Source: a virus (Duplodnaviria > Caudoviricetes). From it: DNA of 58,726 nt. A program made the translations under genes and the position numbers. Under the pieces are notes generated by a model. The model saw only the letters and a list, made by a program, of their open reading frames with translations. It did no database searches and was not told the origin of the DNA. Shown piece by piece: positions 46,126 to 55,901 of the stretch. Position 1 is the stretch's first letter; each line of letters begins with the position of its first letter. The stretch spans positions 1-58,726 of the IMG/VR virus record IMGVR_UViG_3300012942_000005, one strand, 5' to 3'.

Positions 46126-46397
46126 CCGGCCGCCAGCTTTTTCGCTTGATCGAGAACGGCACGAATTTCGCCGTTGCCCATCGCTTCGACGCTCGCGAGG
46201 TTGTCAAAGATGAACGTCAGTGCCTTTTCGTGCGCGCTGATTTCGGCCGGCTGCTCGTTTGCTCCCGTTTCGCCAGCCTTTTCGAGCACATCGGCTGCAT
46301 TTTCGAGCGCGTCGATTTGCGGCTGGAACGGATTCACCGGAGCGGCGGCCGGCTGAGCGGCTTGGATTTGCGGGGCGGTTTCAGCGGGTGTGCTCAT
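46122..46397 (-). CDS. Hypothetical protein
   Basis: Start MSTPAET just after the previous stop. Confidence 0.6.
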   Translation of the reverse strand: MSTPAETAPQIQAAQPAAAPVNPFQPQIDALENAADVLEKAGETGANEQPAEISAHEKALTFIFDNLASVEAMGNGEIRAVLDQAKKLAAG

Positions 46398-46398
46398 T

Positions 46399-46602
46399 TT
46401 AATGATTTCCCAGTTTAGCGTTCGCCTTGGTCTTAACCGTGGCTTCTTGCGCCGGAGTGATATTGCCCGCATGTTCGGCGCGCGTGGCACCGGAAATCGC
46501 ATTCCGGGCGTGGCTCGCGTCATTAAGCGGGAATCGTTTGCCCGGAAGCGCGTACTCGGACTGCGGCATCGCTTTGCGTTGTTTCGTGCTCAACTTAGCC
46601 AT
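46399..46602 (-). CDS. Small basic protein ending LGNH
   Basis: GGAGG RBS; MAKLSTKQRK.MP.S.YALPG.RFPL.D..HARNA. Confidence 0.75.
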   Translation of the reverse strand: MAKLSTKQRKAMPQSEYALPGKRFPLNDASHARNAISGATRAEHAGNITPAQEATVKTKANAKLGNH

Positions 46603-46632
46603 ATCCCATACCTCCCGAACGGTTGAGCTTGT

Positions 46633-46664
46633 AGGATAATCCCATGCGACTGACATATCAACAG
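46633..46664 (-). promoter_or_regulatory. Late-type promoter
   Basis: ctgTTGATA-17-TATCCT. Confidence 0.55.
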
Positions 46665-46747
46665 GTGAGCTTGGAAATCTTGTTCACTGCCATTGCGTTT
46701 TATTTTGAGCAGCCGATAATATCCCTTTCTAACGCTTAGGAGAAAAC

Positions 46748-47077
46748 ATGCGAATTCCTGCGATAGTGATTGCGCTGCTGATTGGCGGGGCGGCTATGGC
46801 CGGCTCTATCGGCATGAGCGCAAGCAGCAAGGCGGATGATTGCCGAGCCTATAAGGCGCGAATCGAAAGCCTCTCACAAAGCCAGCGGCCCCCAATTGCG
46901 GATAGCTCCCCGGCTGCTCGATTCCAAGCTACAGAGCGAGAATATCCCGGCCCAGGATGCGAAAACGTTAACGCTCTCGATATCGCGAACGCAGTTATCG
47001 GAGGCGGAATTATCGGACTGATTTCGCTCATCTTTTTACTGCTGTTCGGCAAGTTTGTTCGATGGGCCGAGCGTTAA
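46748..47077 (+). CDS. Moron-like two-TM membrane protein on the opposite strand
   Basis: Own promoter-like TTGCGT...GATAAT, AGGAG RBS, N- and C-terminal hydrophobic segments, two Cys, downstream hairpin. Confidence 0.7.
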   Translation: MRIPAIVIALLIGGAAMAGSIGMSASSKADDCRAYKARIESLSQSQRPPIADSSPAARFQATEREYPGPGCENVNALDIANAVIGGGIIGLISLIFLLLFGKFVRWAER

Positions 47078-47081
47078 AACA

Positions 47082-47106
47082 AACAGCCCGCGCAGTGCGG
47101 GCTGTT
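47082..47106. terminator. Probable bidirectional terminator
   Basis: aacagcccgc-gcagt-gcgggctgtt between convergent genes. Confidence 0.8.
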
Positions 47107-47107
47107 C

Positions 47108-47287
47108 TCAATGGTTTCCCATCTTTTTGACCGAAGCGGGCGGTGACCATCGCGTTTTGGTCACGTTCGAGCGGCCGACGCTTTGCCGCTTATCGATCAA
47201 CGGCAACTTAGGCGTTTCGGCCTTCGGTACCGTCATTCCCTTCGGCTGCTGCAACGCGATCTTAGGGATGCCCTTACTTGTTGCCAT
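47108..47287 (-). CDS. Small basic protein ending MGNH (start 47287 or 47236)
   Basis: Fills the gap before the terminator; Lys/Pro-rich. Confidence 0.5.
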   Translation of the reverse strand: MATSKGIPKIALQQPKGMTVPKAETPKLPLIDKRQSVGRSNVTKTRWSPPASVKKMGNH

Positions 47288-47573
47288 AATGGCAACCGAG
47301 CTTGTGACCGCCGCCGAGGCCGCTAGCCGCATCGCCCGCGCGATCCGCGCCGCTGAACGTCTTTTGCAGCGACGGCGAGCTACCAGTCGAACCGCCGGAA
47401 GCTTTCGGACCCGACTTCGACGGAGTCGATGCGTTCGCGACATTCTGCCCGACCACGTCCTTCGTTTGGCCGCTCGATTGCTTCATCATCGAACCGTTGC
47501 GAGTCGTCGAAACGATCTTTCCACCGCCCTTGGGTGCGCTCGACCCGCCCTTCGCGCCGATTAGTTTTGCCAT
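47274..47573 (-). CDS. Small basic Gly/Ser/Lys-rich protein
   Basis: AGGAG RBS; ends KLGCHYGNK. Confidence 0.7.
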   Translation of the reverse strand: MAKLIGAKGGSSAPKGGGKIVSTTRNGSMMKQSSGQTKDVVGQNVANASTPSKSGPKASGGSTGSSPSLQKTFSGADRAGDAASGLGGGHKLGCHYGNK

Positions 47574-47594
47574 TTCAAAGTACTCCTATAAAAG

Positions 47595-48986
47595 TTAAAC
47601 AAACAGCGTGGGATCAATCACGCCCGCGCGCTGTATCATTTGATAAGCATAGGGCGTTTCATGCGTACCGTCACTGGTTATGGCGGCTGGCATTGCAGGT
47701 ACAGAGTCGGTGCCCCGCCACTTACCGGGGTTGTTGGGATCTTCCACCACCGACGCCACGTCAAATACTGCCCACAATGGGGCCGGCTTGGACAGAATCC
47801 AAGTATTCAATGCTGCACGCGGCCCGTTAGACGCGGCAACGGTCTGATTCGCAACCGTTGCCCACGAATCGGTTGAAGTCGTCACCGGAGGGATCGTCGA
47901 TTGAGATACTTTCAGCGATGGAACGTACCCATAGGCGGTTTGCAGTGCGGCCTGAATCACCGCTTCCGTCCGACCTGCTGTCAGATCGTTGATACCGTAT
48001 TGGAAATGCGCGTGCGTATGGTATCGGGAAAGCTGTGCCCGTAGTGTATGGCTAGCCGCGAACGATTGAATCGTATCCGACTCGCACCCGCAATTCGTAT
48101 AGGGGAGTGCGCGCCCAAGCGAACGACAGATTTCGCCCATACCCCAAGAGCCAAAATCCACTTGCTGAGCGACATTACTCGACGCATCGTTGCGCCCGGA
48201 TGCCCGGCTATCACCGTAAATCACCACGCTCGGAACGCTAGACAGTCCGAGAACTGCCAGCGGATAGATCGTCCACGCACCGCCCGTTGCGCCGCCCGTG
48301 AAAGCCGTTCCGCATACGAAAGCGCGCGGATCATCGGTTACGGCAGTCCACTGAGCATTCGTCCAGATATAACTGGCAACTGGCTCCACCGAAGAAGGTG
48401 CAATGACCGCATTTGCCGACACTGGGATTTGCACGTCCGATGGGAATATTTGAACGCGATGCACCCAAAAACCGTCCCCATGTCGTAAACTGACTGGGAT
48501 GGGGTCGGTGATTACATTCGCTCCTGCGGCGCACGTGGTGAAATCCGCCCCGCTCCATTTCGCGAGGTGGTATACGCCAGAAGGGTATTCGACCGCAAGG
48601 TACTCAGTCGAAAGAGCCGGGCCGTTAGATTCGCCATTGTTATTCGCCATCCAGTTACCGATGACGACTTGAATGCTAGCAACATCATCACCCATATTTT
48701 GGTGATAAGTACGGCTTCCAACGGCAGTGGCCGCTGTCGAAAGTTGATAATTGTGGCGACACCGTGTTGCGATATTGCGAACCGTTTGGGCGGCTCCACT
48801 TCCGCCACCGCCATTTCCCGGACCCCCATTAGCAGTCCAGATTCCTTGAACTTTTTGATAATAAGTGCCATCCGCCATCGATAAAACGACGTCACCTTCC
48901 GCACCAACCGAATTCGACGGCATATTAGGAACGATCGTGAGCGGCTGACGATCGCGCATCGGATGCAAACTTTGGTCAATCGACAT
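47595..48986 (-). CDS. SGNH/GDSL hydrolase-domain protein
   Basis: VIYGDS, GINDL, DGTH catalytic blocks. Confidence 0.85.
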   Translation of the reverse strand: MSIDQSLHPMRDRQPLTIVPNMPSNSVGAEGDVVLSMADGTYYQKVQGIWTANGGPGNGGGGSGAAQTVRNIATRCRHNYQLSTAATAVGSRTYHQNMGDDVASIQVVIGNWMANNNGESNGPALSTEYLAVEYPSGVYHLAKWSGADFTTCAAGANVITDPIPVSLRHGDGFWVHRVQIFPSDVQIPVSANAVIAPSSVEPVASYIWTNAQWTAVTDDPRAFVCGTAFTGGATGGAWTIYPLAVLGLSSVPSVVIYGDSRASGRNDASSNVAQQVDFGSWGMGEICRSLGRALPYTNCGCESDTIQSFAASHTLRAQLSRYHTHAHFQYGINDLTAGRTEAVIQAALQTAYGYVPSLKVSQSTIPPVTTSTDSWATVANQTVAASNGPRAALNTWILSKPAPLWAVFDVASVVEDPNNPGKWRGTDSVPAMPAAITSDGTHETPYAYQMIQRAGVIDPTLFV

Positions 48987-49002
48987 TTAGTTCTCCATAT
49001 GC

Positions 49003-49030
49003 CAGAGGCCCGGACTGAGCCGAGCCTCTG
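49003..49030 (-). terminator. Hairpin downstream of the major capsid gene
   Basis: cagaggctcgg-loop-ccgggcctctg on the minus strand; weak T tract. Confidence 0.5.
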
Positions 49031-49053
49031 TTCGAACTACACTTGCGGCGAAA

Positions 49054-50010
49054 TTACGTCAGGTCGCGAATCTGTGAGCTCGACGCTTCGTTGCGGGCTT
49101 CCAGCGTACCCTCGTACACGATCTGCCAGTTGCGAGCGTCACCGACCTGCGCCAGTTCGGTCTTTTCGAAGCCGCGCAGCGTGGCGAGTGCCCACATGGA
49201 GGGATCGATACAGTACGCGGCCTTGTCCGGCGTCGCTTGAGCCGACATGACGCGGTTCGGGATCATCGCGACGTTGCCGAAGTCCGAAGCGTACACCGCG
49301 TAGGCCGCTTGCAGAATTGCGCCCTTGCCGTTGCCTTCGACTTCCTGCATACGCGTCGCGTTGCCCGAGAAGGCCGACGCGATCACCTTGTCGCTCGGAC
49401 GCATGTGCACTTGCGAGACGTTGCCGCCCGCTTGGTACGCTTCCATCAGAGCCGTCTTGAGCATCGTTTCGGTGAACGCTGCCGCCGTGCCCGCGGTCGG
49501 GCCAGTGTTGCTCGAAGGAACTGGAGCCGCGCCACCCGCGCCGCCCTGGTAGTTCGTCGCGATCCAGCCGGCGAGGCCGCGCATGGTACGAGCCACGCTG
49601 GACGAACCGACCGTCGAAGTGCCGTTCGCCATCGCGGCGGCTTCGATATCCTTCTTGAGTTCGACCGACTTCTTCGCGGCGAGACGTGCAACTTCCTTCG
49701 GGCCGGCTTTGCGGATCACGTCCTGCGTGTTCGACACGCTGAAAGTGTCTTGAATGATCTGCGTGCGGTTGCCGATGCGAACGGTGGGCGATTGCGCTGC
49801 ATACGACGCGTCAGCGCCTTCGACTGCGGCATTCGTCGCGCTCGGAGCGCGAAGCGAATCCGTCTGCCATTCGTGGTACACGTTTTCGGCGTTCGTCTTC
49901 GCAATGGACGAGGTGAACGGCGTATCCGACGGCGAAATCATGAAAACCTTGTCGATCAGGTCCTCACGGTTGCCGACCACGCCGTAGCTGGTCAGGGTAT
50001 TTGCGGGCAT
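49054..50010 (-). CDS. Major capsid protein (DUF5309/SU10-like)
   Basis: GNREDL...ISP.DTPF...HEWQTDSL...N.TQI...ELKKDIE; GAGGA RBS. Confidence 0.9.
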   Translation of the reverse strand: MPANTLTSYGVVGNREDLIDKVFMISPSDTPFTSSIAKTNAENVYHEWQTDSLRAPSATNAAVEGADASYAAQSPTVRIGNRTQIIQDTFSVSNTQDVIRKAGPKEVARLAAKKSVELKKDIEAAAMANGTSTVGSSSVARTMRGLAGWIATNYQGGAGGAAPVPSSNTGPTAGTAAAFTETMLKTALMEAYQAGGNVSQVHMRPSDKVIASAFSGNATRMQEVEGNGKGAILQAAYAVYASDFGNVAMIPNRVMSAQATPDKAAYCIDPSMWALATLRGFEKTELAQVGDARNWQIVYEGTLEARNEASSSQIRDLT

Positions 50011-50047
50011 TTCAGTTCCTCAGAGTTTGAAAAGTGCCGACTAGCTT

Positions 50048-51133
50048 TTATTCGAAAAAGCCAGCCAGCGTGTCAACGGAGGGATTCGCGTCGAAACGCT
50101 TCTGCACGTTCGCTTTGGCCAGATTTTGCTGGCTCGCGGCAGTCTGTGCTACGCTTCGGGCTGCACCCGGACGCTCAACACGCACTTGCGGTTGCTGACG
50201 CTGTTGCCCGACCGGCGTTTGCTGCTGTTGGCCGACCGGACGTGCGCCACCTTGGCGACGTGCGGCTTGCTGCTTGGCGATTGCTTGGTCATACAGCATC
50301 GCTTTGCGGGCGATCAACACTACCCCGGCGGTATCGATTTGGGCCACCATTTCGGGCGGAATCCCTTGCGTCGCGAGGTACTCATCGATCTGTTTTGCGC
50401 CTGCCGCCAACTTCTGAGGGTCGCGCCAGTCAGGGATAGCCGCAACGAGTTGTTGCTTAGCTTCTTCGGCTCTCTGACGTGCGGATACCGCGTTCTGTTC
50501 GGCTTGCTGGCGTTGCAGGTTGGCCTGAATCTGCGCCGCTTGTGCGAGTTGTTGTTGCTTCAACTCCCAGTTGTGGCGTTCGACCAGGTAACGCTGCGGT
50601 TCTTCTGCGATCAGCTTGGCCCAGTCGGGCTGTTGCGATTGCATCAGAGTACTGCTTTCCCGGATATAATGCTCCAGAACTTGCCCGAGTTGTTGCTCAC
50701 GCTGAACCAGCGTTTGCGACTTGTCAGTATATTCCTTACGGATTTGCGCCGCTTCTTCGAACCGCTTGTTTGCCGCTTCGTACTTTTGCGCCCCGGCTTT
50801 GAGGTCACCGAACGTCATGGCGACTTCCTTGCCGTCGATCGTCAGCTTCACTTCGTGATCGTCGGGCACTTCCAGTACGACAGGCGCGTTCGGATCGACT
50901 TTAACGATGGGCTCGCCATTTTCGTCGAGTTCCAACTCGACTTCTTCGGCAACACCGTTGTTTTCATCGATCACGACTTCGACGATGGGCTCGCCATTTT
51001 CGTCGAGTTGCGGTTCTTGCTGTTGCGACTGGTTCTGGCCGACGTTCTGTCCTTCCGAGTTGCCGGTATCGGGCTCGGCTTCGAACAGGTCTTCCAGACC
51101 ACCCATGTCACCGCCCGCTTGGGTAGGATCCAT
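50048..51133 (-). CDS. Scaffolding protein
   Basis: Acidic N-terminus, IDGKEV..T..DL..G.Q, coiled coil; between portal and capsid. Confidence 0.8.
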   Translation of the reverse strand: MDPTQAGGDMGGLEDLFEAEPDTGNSEGQNVGQNQSQQQEPQLDENGEPIVEVVIDENNGVAEEVELELDENGEPIVKVDPNAPVVLEVPDDHEVKLTIDGKEVAMTFGDLKAGAQKYEAANKRFEEAAQIRKEYTDKSQTLVQREQQLGQVLEHYIRESSTLMQSQQPDWAKLIAEEPQRYLVERHNWELKQQQLAQAAQIQANLQRQQAEQNAVSARQRAEEAKQQLVAAIPDWRDPQKLAAGAKQIDEYLATQGIPPEMVAQIDTAGVVLIARKAMLYDQAIAKQQAARRQGGARPVGQQQQTPVGQQRQQPQVRVERPGAARSVAQTAASQQNLAKANVQKRFDANPSVDTLAGFFE

Positions 51134-51158
51134 GTTAACTTCTCCGTAAGTTGATGTG

Positions 51159-51190
51159 AATATAAACTGCTTCTTGGCGGAAATCAACAG
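51159..51190 (-). promoter_or_regulatory. Late-type promoter (scaffold/capsid)
   Basis: ctgTTGATT-17-TATATT. Confidence 0.65.
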
Positions 51191-51217
51191 AGAGTTTGTA
51201 CCTCCCTGCCGATTTTG

Positions 51218-53938
51218 TTACTTCTTCGGTTGTTGCGGCTTGTTTTTCTGCGTTTGTTGCTGATTCTTGGCTGTTTGCTTGGCAATCTCGTGCTGGTTGG
51301 CTTGCTGATTGGCCACATTAACCTGCTGGGCTTGCCGATCCGCGTCGCGGTGCGCCGAGTCGATATTCTGCTGCCTCACCGTGGTCAGTGCCTCGTGCGG
51401 AACGCTGAAAGTATTACCTTCCGCATCCTGCAAGATAACGTGATTCATCGCAATTTCTTGCTGTGCACTCACACCGGCAGTCATTGCAGCCGCTTCGCGT
51501 TGCTGGGCCAGTTTGGCGAAGAATTGCTCACGCATCCATTGTTGTTGCTGGGCAAACTGATCGCGTTCACGAGCGTCTTTCAATTGCTCCGACAGCAACG
51601 TTTGTTGATGCATCTGTTGCGCTTTCTGCGCCGCCAGCTGTTGCTCAAATTGCTGTTTCTGCTGATCCATCTGTTGCTGATGGGCGAACTTCTGTTGCTC
51701 CAACTGCGCTTGTGCTTGCACTGCCATCAATTCTGGATTGGGCGGCGGTGAGGGATTCGGATGCGGAGGCGGCGGCATGGTAAGGTATTCATCCGGCCGC
51801 CCGATCTGCAAACACTCGATAGCTTCCTTTGCCGCATAATACATGTTCTGCGGCGTAACGATCCCAAGCGGCATCAACATTTGCGCCATGTCGATGAACT
51901 GCTTAATCATCGCAGCGCGCTCGCCCATGTCGCCAGTGCCGAGCCCAACCCGTACACGCATGTCATACTGGTTGTTCCAGACGCGCGGATCGACGTTGAC
52001 CCACTGGCCTTCAAGTTCGAAGACCATTTGTTGATCCTGGTGCTTCATCAGCACTTTCTGGATCAGGCGAACCAGGTCTTTGATGCCCCCTTCTGCGAAC
52101 AACCGGGCGATCATTTTCGTGCGCAAATCAGCACGTTGCGTAATGCCTTTGTACGCCGTCGCAGTCGGATTCAACATATCCGCGTCGGTGCCCTGCGAGT
52201 ACTTCGTGATGCCCGAGCGCTCTTGCGACGCGGCGTCCAGATACTCCAGCAGTTGATACGCGCCGGCCGAATCGGCCATACCTTGATTCAGTGACCCGAC
52301 CGCGTTTGCGGCCTTCACTCGCACTACGCCGCCCGGACGATTCGTCAACAGGTCGTCGATGTTGACCTGATTTTCGATAGCCCACGTGCGACCATTCACT
52401 TGCACGTTCATGTTGTCGTCAAGAGCGCGCAAAACGCGAGTCTTAGACAACTGCATCGGCATACCGAGTTCGGCAATCGAGCGGCCGAAGAACAGACCCG
52501 GAATCGGTACCGGGCAGAGCGCCGCGAATGGAGGGCCGTCTACGACCAGATTTTCGAGTAGCGCATTGCCAGCGCGTGTAATTTTGCGCCATTCTGCAAA
52601 GCCATCGCCGTCGCAATCAATCTTGAGGTAGCACTCGAACAGAAATACTTTACGTTGGGATTCATCACCGTAATCCTCGACTTCTTGCGGCTTATACACC
52701 GTTTGCAGCGACTCGCGAGCGTACATCACTTCGGAGTTCTGCACAGTTTCGGCTTGCTGATCGCTCGAAATTTGGTCGAGGTCCAGCGAATCGACGTTGC
52801 GATATCCGGCCGCACGCAATTCGCTGATGGTGCGAATGATGCGGTGCGCCGAGAAACCGTCATCGATGCGGCGCGAACGTTCGTCGATCAAGAAGTCTTC
52901 AGGATTCATCGCTTCGATAGCGACTTTCCCGGCCTTCTTCGAACGATGCATGACCACATTGTGCAGTTGAGGCAGCGAATCGGGATCGACCGGCTTCGGC
53001 GGTTGCGGCGGTACAGGTGGCATGCCCGGACCGCCCGGCATCGGAGGCCGTGGCTGGCCCTGCGGCGGCATCGCTTGCGCGGCGGCTGCATTGGGATGGG
53101 CAGGAGGCGGGGGCGGCATTTGACCCGGAGGCACAGCGCCCGGAGCGGGCGGGGGCGGCATCATCTGCGGCGGCTGGCCCGGTTGGGGCTGCGGCATCGG
53201 AGGAAGCGGGTGTTGCAACGCTTGGTAGTACTGCGCCATCGCCGCGTTATGCTGTTGCACCGCTTGTGAATATGCGTTCGGATCGATGTACGTGACAATC
53301 CGAGAAATTTCGACTTCGTTGTCGTTCGAAAGGATCGCTAGCTGATCGTCAGTCAGCGCAGTGTATTCTTCGCGCGTGCGTTCGTCGAACGGCTCCCACC
53401 ACACTTTGGCGACGCCGACTTTGTTCAGCAAGGAGTTCTTGAACCACTCCATGAAGAACGTGAAGCCAGGATTTTGGTCGTTCATGATATGGTTGACCAG
53501 GTGCGTCATTTGCTGCGCCGCCGCTTCATCGCCCGGCTTGCGCGGCGTGAACCGCACGATGTTCCCGGATGCGAAAAAGATTTCCATCAACTGCGGCATC
53601 AACCATTCGATCTGATCTGAGACCGTGGTATCGATGATAGGCGAGCGCCCTTGAATGCCAGACGGCGCAAGGTCGCCCTCCGGGAGACCAAGGTAGTACT
53701 GCATCGCCTTGGCTTGCGCCGTGCTGATCTGCGAGCCCATCCAGTTGGTGCTGTTCTGAATGTGGCGTTGCAGAATGGAGTCGATTTCCGAGTCCGGCAT
53801 TGCCAGCGGCTCGTCCTGGTCATCCTCGCCAAATTCGCGAATCTCTTGCACCTGCACGCCGGGCATCGGAACGCCGGCGGGCGAGGTATCCGGCAACATC
53901 GACTTTTCGTAGATGGCCGCAAGTTGGTCTTCGGTCAT
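51218..53938 (-). CDS. Portal protein (P22/SU10-like) with Pro-rich insertion and Gln-rich tail
   Basis: YYLG, GRS, W.MP.LM.IF, D.DGDG.AE, DLLT.RPGGVVR, ERSGIT, VGLGTG; follows terL. Confidence 0.9.
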   Translation of the reverse strand: MTEDQLAAIYEKSMLPDTSPAGVPMPGVQVQEIREFGEDDQDEPLAMPDSEIDSILQRHIQNSTNWMGSQISTAQAKAMQYYLGLPEGDLAPSGIQGRSPIIDTTVSDQIEWLMPQLMEIFFASGNIVRFTPRKPGDEAAAQQMTHLVNHIMNDQNPGFTFFMEWFKNSLLNKVGVAKVWWEPFDERTREEYTALTDDQLAILSNDNEVEISRIVTYIDPNAYSQAVQQHNAAMAQYYQALQHPLPPMPQPQPGQPPQMMPPPPAPGAVPPGQMPPPPPAHPNAAAAQAMPPQGQPRPPMPGGPGMPPVPPQPPKPVDPDSLPQLHNVVMHRSKKAGKVAIEAMNPEDFLIDERSRRIDDGFSAHRIIRTISELRAAGYRNVDSLDLDQISSDQQAETVQNSEVMYARESLQTVYKPQEVEDYGDESQRKVFLFECYLKIDCDGDGFAEWRKITRAGNALLENLVVDGPPFAALCPVPIPGLFFGRSIAELGMPMQLSKTRVLRALDDNMNVQVNGRTWAIENQVNIDDLLTNRPGGVVRVKAANAVGSLNQGMADSAGAYQLLEYLDAASQERSGITKYSQGTDADMLNPTATAYKGITQRADLRTKMIARLFAEGGIKDLVRLIQKVLMKHQDQQMVFELEGQWVNVDPRVWNNQYDMRVRVGLGTGDMGERAAMIKQFIDMAQMLMPLGIVTPQNMYYAAKEAIECLQIGRPDEYLTMPPPPHPNPSPPPNPELMAVQAQAQLEQQKFAHQQQMDQQKQQFEQQLAAQKAQQMHQQTLLSEQLKDARERDQFAQQQQWMREQFFAKLAQQREAAAMTAGVSAQQEIAMNHVILQDAEGNTFSVPHEALTTVRQQNIDSAHRDADRQAQQVNVANQQANQHEIAKQTAKNQQQTQKNKPQQPKK

Positions 53939-53941
53939 GTT

Positions 53942-55240
53942 TTACCCTGCGAGGATTTTCGGATAGGAAAGCGGTCGGCCCCAACTGCCGAGGCGGTTGC
54001 TCCCGATCATAGCAGTATCCATCAAATTTGAATGGACACCTATGTACCTCACCATGTCCGCGCCATGTGAGTTGTCATCGTGCTGCGGGTGACCGTGCTT
54101 GTTCCGCTTGTATCGTTTGAGGCGTTCGAGCAACTGCGAGCAGCGGAATTCATCGATGTACATCGTATCCATCAATTCGCGCGTCACGCGAATGCCGTTC
54201 TCGACGCCGATATTGTCGACGATTTCGACCATCCACCCATACATTTGCATGATTTCTTGCGGAGACAAACCGGTCTGCAAGCTCTTGTGGCGACCATCAT
54301 GCGGCAAGACGACGATAGTGTTTCCGGGCTCGTGGCCACGCTCGCGCATTGCATCATCGAACCACTGTAACGAGACTTTGTTATTCTCGATGTAATCCAT
54401 GATACGAATATCGTCCTTGGTGCGCTGCGTAACACCGCACGTCATCGCATCGTTGAAACCAAGGTCGAATACCGCATACTTTTGCAAATCAGGATCGAAT
54501 GTCATCGGACGAATGCGACCCTGATTCTGCATTTTCATGATTTGGTCGAAGTAAATAGCGCCTTCGACTGCGGGCAGCGGCTCACCTAGCCAGATATGGC
54601 GATGGCGAACAGGATCTTTGCCGAGCATGTCCTGTTCTTCCAGACGGAGAACGTCCGGAAACCACGGATTCTGATCGAAGTTGACGAAAAGATTCGCGCA
54701 CTTCGGGAGCCCATCTTTGACCACGAGTTCATAGACGGGATCAGTCTCCAACTCGGGGTTCCACGAGAGCCAGATTTGCGAGCCTTCCGCACGAATAGTC
54801 GGAAAGAGCATATCGAACGACTTGCGACTCACTGCTTGGGCTTCTTCGACCCAGCAAATGTTGATATCCGCGAGGGACTTGATCGAATCGATTGTCTCGG
54901 AAGCGAGACCGCGGAAAATGAACGAACCGCCCTTCTTGGAACGGATTTCGTTCGACAAGATTTCGAACTGACTGCTCAGGCCGAGTTCGTTAATCTCATT
55001 CACCAGCGTCGCGTACACCGACTCGCGGATCGACAATTGGACTTCACGAGTGCAGAGAACCCGCAACTTCTCGACCGTCGAACGCATGATAAGCGCCCGA
55101 GCGAAATTCTTGGTCTTACCCGACCCTCGACCGCCGCGCACGCTGATATAGCGCCACTGCGGTTCAAACAGTACCCGTGCCCATGCGGGCATTTGGTTGC
55201 CAGCTTTGCGCGGCTCGTCGAGCGGTCGAAGTTGCATCAA
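53942..55240 (-). CDS. terL: Terminase large subunit (PBSX-like)
   Basis: GGRGSGKT, WVEEAQ, PTIR, WNP, DLG, LPHDG, SHGAD..RY. Confidence 0.95.
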   Translation of the reverse strand: MMQLRPLDEPRKAGNQMPAWARVLFEPQWRYISVRGGRGSGKTKNFARALIMRSTVEKLRVLCTREVQLSIRESVYATLVNEINELGLSSQFEILSNEIRSKKGGSFIFRGLASETIDSIKSLADINICWVEEAQAVSRKSFDMLFPTIRAEGSQIWLSWNPELETDPVYELVVKDGLPKCANLFVNFDQNPWFPDVLRLEEQDMLGKDPVRHRHIWLGEPLPAVEGAIYFDQIMKMQNQGRIRPMTFDPDLQKYAVFDLGFNDAMTCGVTQRTKDDIRIMDYIENNKVSLQWFDDAMRERGHEPGNTIVVLPHDGRHKSLQTGLSPQEIMQMYGWMVEIVDNIGVENGIRVTRELMDTMYIDEFRCSQLLERLKRYKRNKHGHPQHDDNSHGADMVRYIGVHSNLMDTAMIGSNRLGSWGRPLSYPKILAG

Positions 55241-55518
55241 ACTGCCTCGTAAGTCTGCTCGAAAATGTCACGCCGGCACGGATAGAGTTCACCCTTCACA
55301 CCGACGATCAACATCGCGTCGGGGCCGAAGTTCATGTATCCTTCCAACGTCGGAATGATGTACAGGTCTTCGCCGCCGTGCGTTATCGGATGCCCGCGAA
55401 AGTCGAACGCCCACGGAATCCCGTCGACTACGCTTTTCGCAACTTTGCGGCCTTCCTCGACAAACTCATCGAAAGTGAATGCTTCGATGACGACTGGCTT
55501 TTTGCGAAATTGCGCCAT
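55237..55518 (-). CDS. Common phage protein (RKKPVVIEA family)
   Basis: FRKKPVVIEA...IPTLEG...GVKGE.YPC..DIF..TYE. Confidence 0.8.
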   Translation of the reverse strand: MAQFRKKPVVIEAFTFDEFVEEGRKVAKSVVDGIPWAFDFRGHPITHGGEDLYIIPTLEGYMNFGPDAMLIVGVKGELYPCRRDIFEQTYEAV

Positions 55519-55901
55519 TAGAACACCTTGAAGTAGCGAAACAGGTTATGGAATAGGTGCTCGATACAATAGGCGTAGAACTCGTTCGCGTCACCCGCAT
55601 CAGTCGGAATGCCGTAGTACCCGCAGATATCAAACGTGGCGTGCGAGAGTTCGTGAAGGAGCGTGCGCCGCGTGCCATCATAGACTCCGACTAGGAAAGT
55701 CGTAATGGGGCACGTATCAGACTTGGCGATACGTACTTCACAGCCCAAATGCGAATCTTCTTCGATTAAATTGTGACTGGCATCATCCCCTTTCAATTCG
55801 GTAACCGCCGCGTTCCATTCGGAGTATGTGCGAACAAGCATCACCCGACCGCCAAACATCGGCAGATCAAGGACAATCCGGTCGTCACTCGTATTGAGCA
55901 T
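55518..55901 (-). CDS. HExxH metallopeptidase-like protein
   Basis: LLHELSHA...NEFYAY. Confidence 0.65.
   Translation of the reverse strand: MLNTSDDRIVLDLPMFGGRVMLVRTYSEWNAAVTELKGDDASHNLIEEDSHLGCEVRIAKSDTCPITTFLVGVYDGTRRTLLHELSHATFDICGYYGIPTDAGDANEFYAYCIEHLFHNLFRYFKVF

Noticed and set aside
50905-51010. ~27-bp direct repeat in the scaffold gene
   Set aside because: Explained by the LDENGEPIV peptide duplication in an acidic linker
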